Positions 16,887 to 24,190 of a DNA stretch of 39,892 nucleotides are shown here, piece after piece. Position 1 is the stretch's first letter, and each line of letters opens with the position of its first letter. The notes under the pieces were generated by a model. The model was not told the DNA's origin. It saw nothing but the letters and a program-made list of their open reading frames with translations, and ran no database searches. The DNA lies in the sequence record DRR723986_7125; one strand, 5' to 3'. Both the position numbers and the translations under genes were made by a program.

Positions 16887-17933
16887 TCACGCGAAGTGGG
16901 CTCGCACGGCGGATTCCGATATTGGTTGAATGACACCTTTTTCTGTGATCAGTGCCGTGATCAGTTCGGCAGGCGTGACATCGAAGGCTGGATTGTATAC
17001 GTCGATTCCACTTGGGGCGATTTGCTGGCCATAGGGTGCGATCACCTCAGATGGGTCACGCTGCTCGATTGGTATCTCGGATCCGTCAACCATCTCCAGG
17101 TCGAATGTGCTGCTAGGAGCCGCAACGTAGAACGGTACACCGTGATGTTTGGCAGCAACAGCAAGTGCATAGGTGCCGATCTTGTTGGCGGCGTCACCGC
17201 GCGCTGTGATGCGATCTGCTCCAGTGATGACAGCATCGATTTTTTTTGTTTGCATAACATGGGCAGCCATCGAATCGCAAATGACTGTCGTTGGGATACC
17301 GCGTTGCTGAAGTTCCCAAGCGGTTAGACGAGCTCCTTGCCACAGCGGTCGTGTTTCATCGGCGAAGACCGAGATCTGTTTCCCTTGATCCTGGCAGGTG
17401 AACATCACACTCAATGCGGTTCCATATTCCGCGGTAGCCAATCCTCCGGCGTTGCAGTGCGTTATGAGCGTTGCTGTGTCGCTGATCAGGTCAGCTCCAT
17501 TGCGACCAATCGCATGGCACATTTGTCGATCTTCATCGTGAATCTTCTTTGCTTCAGCCAAAAGGTTCTCTGCCAACGACGAGCCTTCAGAGCGATCGAT
17601 GACAGCTCGCATTCTGTCGAGTGCCCAGAAAAGATTCACCGCGGTTGGCCGGCTGGTAGCCAAATAATCCGCAGCCATTCGTGCAGCCTCCGCGGCGGCT
17701 GTCGAATTCGCTTGGCCTGCATTTGAGACTGCCAGCACAACTCCATACGCTGCAGAGATGCCAATTGCCGGAGCGCCTCGCACACGCAGCATCTTGATCG
17801 CTTCCCAGACGGTCTCCGTATTGGAGCAATCGATTGTACGCAACTCGGAAGGCAGCAGCGTTTGGTCAATCAAACGAAGATGACCGTCTTCTTCACCAAT
17901 CCACTCAATGGCTGCAGGAGATTTACTATTCAT
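16887..17933 (-). CDS. mtnA: S-methyl-5-thioribose-1-phosphate isomerase
   Basis: VRGAPAIG, SRPTAVNLFWA, THCNAGGLAT, ETRP..QGARLT, GDAANKIGT, NPAFDVTP. Confidence 0.96.
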   Translation of the reverse strand: MNSKSPAAIEWIGEEDGHLRLIDQTLLPSELRTIDCSNTETVWEAIKMLRVRGAPAIGISAAYGVVLAVSNAGQANSTAAAEAARMAADYLATSRPTAVNLFWALDRMRAVIDRSEGSSLAENLLAEAKKIHDEDRQMCHAIGRNGADLISDTATLITHCNAGGLATAEYGTALSVMFTCQDQGKQISVFADETRPLWQGARLTAWELQQRGIPTTVICDSMAAHVMQTKKIDAVITGADRITARGDAANKIGTYALAVAAKHHGVPFYVAAPSSTFDLEMVDGSEIPIEQRDPSEVIAPYGQQIAPSGIDVYNPAFDVTPAELITALITEKGVIQPISESAVRAHFA

Positions 17934-17960
17934 GTTTTGTTTGACGCAATGAAGGATTTG

Positions 17961-19067
17961 CTAGGCGGAAAGGGGCGAATACTCGAAATCAAACGTTTCT
18001 GAGACGGCCTCGTTGGTCACTTTCCCGCCAGCTACGTTGACGGCAGTGTGGAGAGGGTTGCCGTGGGATAGAACTCCCGAGCTTCCCAGGTCTACAATTT
18101 TCAAGACCCAAGGGAGTGTGACGTTGCAAAGTGCAAACGTGCTCGTACGTCCAACTGCACCCGGCATGTTGGTCACGCAATAGTGTACGACCTCATCGAC
18201 CAAGTAGGTCGGTTCTTTGTGGGTCGTGGGGCGGCTTGTTTCAACGCAACCACCCTGGTCAATTGCAACGTCGATGATTACTGACCCAGGTTTCATGAGA
18301 CGCAAGTCTTCCTTGCGAACCAAATGAGGCGCTTTTGCACCAGGGATGAGCACGCTGCCGATAACCAAATCGGCAAGCTTCAGTTGATCACGGATTGTGT
18401 GACGATCACTGAAGAGAACATTTACATTCGCGGGCATTACGTCGTCGAGATAACGAAGGCGATCCATGTTAATGTCTAGAATGGCCACATCAGCTTGGAA
18501 ACCAGCGGCGATTTTTGCAGCATTCGCGCCAACGATTCCGCCCCCTAAGACTGTAATATGTGCCGGCGGTACTCCAGGAACGCCACCCAGCAAAATGCCG
18601 CGTCCCATCTGCGGTCGCTCCAGAAACTTGGCACCTTCTTGCACGCTCATTCGCCCGGCAACTTCACTCATCGGAGTCAGCAGTGAAAGGCGTCCCGCTT
18701 TGTCTTCGAGTGTCTCGTAAGCCAAGCAGTGACCTCCGGTGTTTATCATTGCCTCCGTGAGATCGCGGCTCGCAGCGAAGTGGAAGTACGTGAAAATCAA
18801 CTGACCAGATCGAATCAGAGGATACTCTTCGGGCTGAGGTTCCTTGACTTTTACAATCAAGTCCGCCGTTTCGTAGACTTCCTTGATGCTCGAAACCAGT
18901 TCTGCGCCCGCCTGTAAATAAGCGTGATCCGCCAGGCCGGAGCCCAGTCCCGCGCCCGTTTCGACAATTACACGATGGCCGCGGCTGGTGAGTTCTTCAA
19001 CACCGACAGGAAGCATGCCAACGCGGTATTCATCTTGTTTTACTTCGCCAGGTACACCGACAATCAC
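17961..19067 (-). CDS. ald: Alanine dehydrogenase
   Basis: IVGVPGEVKQDEYRV, KVKEP, TYFHFA, PMSEVAGR, DVAIDQGGC, NMPGAV. GTG start with GGAG RBS. Confidence 0.96.
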   Translation of the reverse strand: MIVGVPGEVKQDEYRVGMLPVGVEELTSRGHRVIVETGAGLGSGLADHAYLQAGAELVSSIKEVYETADLIVKVKEPQPEEYPLIRSGQLIFTYFHFAASRDLTEAMINTGGHCLAYETLEDKAGRLSLLTPMSEVAGRMSVQEGAKFLERPQMGRGILLGGVPGVPPAHITVLGGGIVGANAAKIAAGFQADVAILDINMDRLRYLDDVMPANVNVLFSDRHTIRDQLKLADLVIGSVLIPGAKAPHLVRKEDLRLMKPGSVIIDVAIDQGGCVETSRPTTHKEPTYLVDEVVHYCVTNMPGAVGRTSTFALCNVTLPWVLKIVDLGSSGVLSHGNPLHTAVNVAGGKVTNEAVSETFDFEYSPLSA

Positions 19068-19238
19068 AGGCTGATCTCCGCACTAGTGATGATTAACGAA
19101 CATGCGCCAGGCGCATCGGTTTGGAAATTAGTAATCAACTGCCTTGGGATCAGGGCTAGTCAGGCTCTTCGCGATTACTGTGGTTACCGCTCGTCGGACA
19201 GTCCCTGTTTAGTGCTTGTTGCTTCAGCACTGAGTCCG

Positions 19239-19266
19239 AATATAGCGTGCCCCACGTCGGTGGCAA
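19239..19266 (-). promoter_or_regulatory. Putative sigma70-type promoter for ald
   Basis: Minus strand TTGCCA (19266-19261), 16-nt spacer, TATATT (19244-19239). Confidence 0.4.
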
Positions 19267-19378
19267 TGCAAGCTATGATGAGTCTCCCGATTCGTGTACT
19301 GAGCGTCACCAGTCGGCCCTTGTGGTTGGCGGATAACTGGTCAGACACTCGAGGGATATTTCAGTAGGCGGGCTCGAA

Positions 19379-20851
19379 ATGGAGATGGGTATCGTGAGTG
19401 GCCTAAACGCAGACAAACACAATCAAGCCGAGACACCGCCGACAAGTGGTGTGCCCGCAGATTCGGTTGACCCCTACCGCGTGACCCGGGCGACAATCAA
19501 GGAGCCGCCCAAGTCGTTCGTAGCGATGCTGGGGTACATTGGCCCAGGTTTTATTCTTAGCGCCTCGATCGTTGGGTCCGGCGAATTGATTGCGACGACA
19601 CTCGTTGGAGCCAAAGCGGGATTCATCTTGATGTGGTTCATCATTTTGAGCTGCATTGTGAAAGTCGTCGTGCAGCTCGAATTTGGAAAACGCGCCATCG
19701 CCACCGGTGAGTCCACAATGGCGTCGTTTAACCAATTGCCAGGGCCGCGATTTGGCCATGCGAATTGGTCGATTTGGACATGGCTTCTCTTGATGGCAGC
19801 CAAGATGCTGCAGCTTGGCGGAATCGTCGGTGGCGTAGTCCTGGCCCTTGGACAATTCTTTCCTGCCGCGATGGAGATGCCCGGGAAAGCCATCGTAGCC
19901 TACATCGTTGCCGTGAGTGTTTCGCTGCTCGTCTTCCGAGGGTATTACTCGCTGATTGAAAAAGCGTCCCTGGTGATGATTGGGGCATTCACACTCTTCA
20001 CGTTGGCTTCCCTGATCGCCCTGCAATCCACTGACATGGCCATCAGCGGCGGCGAGTTCTTGAGTGGCGTGATCCCAACGATTCCCGATTCTGCTCTGCT
20101 GGTAGTGGCGATCGGTGCTTTCGGCATCACCGGCGTCGGTGGTGACGAAATCATGGCCTACAACTATTGGCTCATCGAAAAGGGGTACGCTGCCTACACG
20201 GGCCCAAATGATGCCAACGATCCGACGTGGGAAGCACGTGCAAAGGGGTGGATACGCGTGATGAAGTGGGATGCCCTACTGGCGATGGTCGCGTACACAC
20301 TCATGACCGTCATGTTCTATCTTCTTGGTGCGGCCGTTCTGCACAGACAAGGGACTGTGCCTGAGAATGATCAGCTTATCGAAACCTTGGGAACGATGTA
20401 CACAAGTGCTCTGGGGCCGTGGGCCAAGAGTGTGTTTGTCGTCGGTGCGGTCATCGTTCTTTACTCGACACTGTTTGCAGCTCTAGCAGCATGGACGCGA
20501 TTGTTCTCCGATGCATTCGGTAGAGTTGGCTTGTATGACTTTACAGATGGTAAATCACGCCGTTTTTCAATCGCGATTGCGGCTTGGGTTTTGCCCCTGA
20601 TTTGGGCAACCCTTGCATGGAGTTTCAAAGATCCGGCTGGAATGGTGATTCTTGGTGGACTCGCCACAGTCGTCATACTGTTGATCGTCGAGTTCGCTGC
20701 ACTGTACTTCCGCTACTACGGGCAAGACCGGCGGCTCGCGCCGTCTTGGGTCTACGACGTGGCGCTTTGGACCAGCTCCATCGCAATCTTAGTGATCGCG
20801 ATTCACGTCACCTATTCCAAGGTGATCTTGAAGCTCATTGAACTCCTGTAG
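19379..20851 (+). CDS. Nramp/MntH-related APC-superfamily membrane transporter
   Basis: About 11 hydrophobic segments; IGPGFILSASIVGSGEL N-terminal motif; FGITGVGGDEI..YNYW..EKG. Confidence 0.8.
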   Translation: MEMGIVSGLNADKHNQAETPPTSGVPADSVDPYRVTRATIKEPPKSFVAMLGYIGPGFILSASIVGSGELIATTLVGAKAGFILMWFIILSCIVKVVVQLEFGKRAIATGESTMASFNQLPGPRFGHANWSIWTWLLLMAAKMLQLGGIVGGVVLALGQFFPAAMEMPGKAIVAYIVAVSVSLLVFRGYYSLIEKASLVMIGAFTLFTLASLIALQSTDMAISGGEFLSGVIPTIPDSALLVVAIGAFGITGVGGDEIMAYNYWLIEKGYAAYTGPNDANDPTWEARAKGWIRVMKWDALLAMVAYTLMTVMFYLLGAAVLHRQGTVPENDQLIETLGTMYTSALGPWAKSVFVVGAVIVLYSTLFAALAAWTRLFSDAFGRVGLYDFTDGKSRRFSIAIAAWVLPLIWATLAWSFKDPAGMVILGGLATVVILLIVEFAALYFRYYGQDRRLAPSWVYDVALWTSSIAILVIAIHVTYSKVILKLIELL

Positions 20852-20878
20852 CGAGACGGAGTCTAACCCTCGGCGCAT

Positions 20879-20911
20879 AAAAAATGCCGCGTACGTGACG
20901 CGGCATTCTTT
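20879..20911. terminator. Bidirectional rho-independent terminator
   Basis: Stem AATGCCGCGT (20883-20892) / ACGCGGCATT (20898-20907), flanked by an A-run and a T-rich run, between convergent genes. Confidence 0.85.
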
Positions 20912-20928
20912 GGGGGACAAGATGGCGT

Positions 20929-22038
20929 TTACTGTCGGAAATCGTCGTCTTTCAACACATATCGGTTTCCGGGCACGTCACTCTGAGCTGTCTTGGGTGA
21001 CACTATTGCTTGGTAGACGTGATAGTCGATCTGCTCATTGAGCGAAATGGTCGAGCCGTCCAACATTGCTGCCTGGACGACGCCCGTATGATTCGATGAC
21101 GGGCGTGCGTGCTCATAGCCTGTTGCTACTGCGATACTTGCAGTGAGCTTTTCACCATTTATTCGATTACCTGGCTGCACAGGTTCCGTTGGGCGAGGTC
21201 GGCTGGCTGGCTGATGCATTCCTGGTTGGTCAAAGACTCCGGTATCGAGACGGTAAAGGAAGCCGAATCCAAGGTGCCAGCGTCCTGACTCGTTCGCCGG
21301 TGCAGTATAGTTCCAACCGTCCGCTTGTAGGTTTTCGGTGAACGCAATTGTATTGCTGAGGCCGTCGCGTACAGCGCTGCTCTTGGCCGTGCCAGCACCT
21401 GCGCCGAACAACGCTACAGGTGAGGATCCTGGATTCAGGACTAATGATGGACCAGTTTGGATTGAGAATATGCCGTTCTCTACTCGCTGTGACCGCACCG
21501 AAGCGGCAGCGGGGGTTGACTGATACGCGGGATTAAGCATGGAGACTTGGGATTCGTATGCGTAGAAACCGGTATTCGCCACGTAGCTGTTAAGAGCAAC
21601 ACTTTCGAAGTCCGATGCGTCACTAGGGCATTGGGTCGTAGCAATGTTTGGGTAGAACCTTTCGATTTGCGCTGTGTCACCATTCGCTGCTAACCACCAC
21701 AGCCCTTGTTCCGCAGGCGCGTCCCATATATCACGAAGGGCTTGTGCTTCGATGAATGGCGCCAGGCCGACTACGAAACTACCGAGTTTGCCCGTCCGGC
21801 TCGTTCCCGAACCAACTACACCGAACGATTCGTAAAGCCCGGGGTAGCGTTTCTTGGTTGTCTCAAAATTTGTTGCTGCAAGGCCTAGTTGGCGCATATT
21901 GTTGGAGCACTGGGTTCGGCGACCTGCTTCACGTGCCATTTGAACGGCAGGAAGGAGCAGTCCAACGAGAACGCCAATAATGGCGATCACGACAAGTAGT
22001 TCGACCAGCGTAAAGCCGGTTCGGAGTGTGCGGCGCAT
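20929..22038 (-). CDS. DUF1559 family prepilin-type N-terminal cleavage/methylation domain protein
   Basis: G^[47 protein letters not shown]-terminal H-X9-DG ([12 protein letters not shown]). ATG at 22038 with RBS AAGGGGA. Confidence 0.95.
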   Translation of the reverse strand: MRRTLRTGFTLVELLVVIAIIGVLVGLLLPAVQMAREAGRRTQCSNNMRQLGLAATNFETTKKRYPGLYESFGVVGSGTSRTGKLGSFVVGLAPFIEAQALRDIWDAPAEQGLWWLAANGDTAQIERFYPNIATTQCPSDASDFESVALNSYVANTGFYAYESQVSMLNPAYQSTPAAASVRSQRVENGIFSIQTGPSLVLNPGSSPVALFGAGAGTAKSSAVRDGLSNTIAFTENLQADGWNYTAPANESGRWHLGFGFLYRLDTGVFDQPGMHQPASRPRPTEPVQPGNRINGEKLTASIAVATGYEHARPSSNHTGVVQAAMLDGSTISLNEQIDYHVYQAIVSPKTAQSDVPGNRYVLKDDDFRQ

Positions 22039-22216
22039 AATGTCCCCTTGAGAAAAGATAAGCGTCTGCTTGACGAATAAGTACACGCTCCCCACTTATA
22101 TTGTCGCAGACTACCGGCAACAGGTCCAGCGCGAGCAAGGAATTTCAAGCATTAGGAGAATGGTTGAATGACGTTGCAACTGTGTGGAATCCCGCTTTCG
22201 GGAAAAGGGGACATTA
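22038..22216 (-). repeat. 12-bp perfect inverted repeat enclosing the DUF1559 upstream region
   Basis: TAATGTCCCCTT at 22038-22049 and AAGGGGACATTA at 22205-22216. Confidence 0.85.
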
Positions 22217-22416
22217 GCGGCCCTGCACAAAGAGATGACCTACACCGCCATAACACCCTTCTTTTGGCGATACTCTGATGGCCAGTGTGGCTGGGCGTTT
22301 AGTGGCGAATAAGCCATCGTAGTCGCATCTAAAGCCCTTGTGAGACTAGGTTTAGGCTAGTATCGCGTGTCTCTCGTTGGCTAATGCTCAGGCCGGAAGA
22401 TCAATCTGTTGACCGA

Positions 22417-22719
22417 TCAGTGTTGCGACCACTGCGTGAATGACTTTGAATGGCCGAACTGCCGCTTCCAATGCCATTGTGGATTGGGTCCGAACCAACC
22501 GTAAGCATAGGGAACTTTGGCAGGCATCTCGGCTATTGGCCGTGCCGAAGCGGGATTCTTCGGCGGTAATGTCCTGTATTCTGCACGCATTGCGGTTGGG
22601 TGAGCGTCGCAGCCCCAGGGGAATTCCATCTGAGGTGGCTCCTGGGAAGTACAGTTTTCAACGCCAAAGCAGCCAAAAATACAGACGGCAAGGGCCACAG
22701 AATTGAATGTAGACCGCAT
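22417..22719 (-). CDS. Small secreted hypothetical protein
   Basis: Signal-peptide-like N-terminus; conserved-looking C-terminal PYAYGWFG...HWKRQFGH...FTQWS. Confidence 0.65.
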   Translation of the reverse strand: MRSTFNSVALAVCIFGCFGVENCTSQEPPQMEFPWGCDAHPTAMRAEYRTLPPKNPASARPIAEMPAKVPYAYGWFGPNPQWHWKRQFGHSKSFTQWSQH

Positions 22720-22926
22720 GTCTAAGCTCTGTTGGGGGGAGTGGATTCAGTCAATCAAAGCCTAGGTTATGAGGAGGCGATGTGCGGTTGGCAGTTTCCT
22801 GGCGGCTTAGGCCAAAATCGGGCGAGTTTGACGATTGTGCGTTTTGGCTAAAGTTTGACGGTGGCCGTCGACGAAGAGAGATCTTGGGGTGGAGGTCTGC
22901 GCGGTGTCGCCGCATGGGACTCTAGG

Positions 22927-24075
22927 GTGTCAAAATCTAAACAAATCCGCGCCGCTGTGACGTTCGATGTCAACAGCCGCCACTGCTCAACGGCAATCCG
23001 TTGCAGTGCTTCGGCGCTGCGATTGGCAACCACGTTGCTTGTGGTTGCAATGATGCTATTGAGCGTTCCAACCAACGCCTTCGGTCAGAGCCGCAGGCCG
23101 GGCCTCCAATCGGTGCTCACCGCGAGTCACATCAGATCGGATACGCCGATCGCTGATCTATCGATTTCTGATCATTCGATGCATGGTCACACGGTCGGAG
23201 CTTCGTCGGCGTGTGATAGTTGTGGTCCATCGCGACAGTGCAACTGCAACAGTTCTTTCCTGCTCGACTGGAGTCGCATGGATTTATGGATGGGAGTCGT
23301 CTCATTCAATGGCCAAGGTAACTTTGTTGGCGGAGCTGGATTGCCAGACGGTGAGGTTGGCGGGCTGAATGGATTTCAACAAGGGTTCAACTTTGGCTCC
23401 CAAATGCCCAGCATTCTCGGTGGACAAATTGGTTCTCAGATCGGTATGCGATTCACGCAGACTGCAATTGATGGTTCCACTGCCGGCGATGATGCACGTA
23501 ACCAAATGTTCTTGACTGCTGGCTTGTTTCGTCGCGTCGACTATGGGGTTCAAGGTGGCTTGGTCGTCGATTATCTTCACGACGATTGGGTCTACCAAGC
23601 AAGTTTGCTGCAGTTGCGCGGTGAAGTGAGCTATCTGTTTTCGAAATACCACGATCTAGGATTTCGGTTTACGGACAGTCAGCAAACAGATTCGTCGGTG
23701 CTAAGTCTTCCCGGCGGCACATCCAATATAGAATTGGAAGCTCTAGCAACGTATCGATTCTTCTACCGTTTCCAACTGGGGGATCAAGGTCGAAGCAAGA
23801 TTGAGGTCAACGGCGGGTTTACCGAAGACAACGCAAGTATCTGGGGGCTCGACATGCTAGCTCCACTATCGAACGAGCTTGGTCTAGATGCCAGCGTGAT
23901 GTATTCGCCTGCTGCGAGTGACGCGATGCGTCCGCATACCATGGAGGCTTGGAACGCTTCAATCGCTCTGGTGTGGACTCCCGGGCGAAGAGTGGGCGGG
24001 GACCGCGACTACTACCGACCGCTGATGAAGGTGGCCGATGCAGGAACCATGCTCATTCGACGAATCATGCCCTAA
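22927..24075 (+). CDS. DUF6666-like planctomycete secreted / outer-membrane beta-barrel-type protein
   Basis: Signal peptide, Cys-rich linker, then GFQQGFNFG, RNQMFLTAGLFRRVDYGVQGGLVVDYLHD, QLRGEVS and RPLMKVADAG. Start uncertain (22855-22960). Confidence 0.65.
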   Translation: MSKSKQIRAAVTFDVNSRHCSTAIRCSASALRLATTLLVVAMMLLSVPTNAFGQSRRPGLQSVLTASHIRSDTPIADLSISDHSMHGHTVGASSACDSCGPSRQCNCNSSFLLDWSRMDLWMGVVSFNGQGNFVGGAGLPDGEVGGLNGFQQGFNFGSQMPSILGGQIGSQIGMRFTQTAIDGSTAGDDARNQMFLTAGLFRRVDYGVQGGLVVDYLHDDWVYQASLLQLRGEVSYLFSKYHDLGFRFTDSQQTDSSVLSLPGGTSNIELEALATYRFFYRFQLGDQGRSKIEVNGGFTEDNASIWGLDMLAPLSNELGLDASVMYSPAASDAMRPHTMEAWNASIALVWTPGRRVGGDRDYYRPLMKVADAGTMLIRRIMP

Positions 24076-24094
24076 CGCGGATGAAACCCGCAGT

Positions 24095-24161
24095 GGCCCT
24101 GCCCGGCTTTGTCTTGCTCAGCCCAGCCTAGCTTCAGCCTTGCTCAGCCCCGCCCTGCCCC
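24095..24161. repeat. Degenerate pentanucleotide (NGCYY) tandem repeat
   Basis: ggccc tgccc ggctt tgtct tgctc agccc agcct agctt c agcct tgctc agccc cgccc tgccc; includes CTTGCTCAGCCC twice (24113, 24139). Confidence 0.55.
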
Positions 24162-24190
24162 AAGAGGGCGAAGTAGCTGCGGGAATGTTG

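Noticed and set aside
22185-22230. Possible c-di-GMP-I (GEMM) riboswitch suggested by a CCCGAAAGCGGG hairpin
   Set aside because: The GGCAAAC and GACGCAAAGC consensus segments and the tetraloop receptor are absent.
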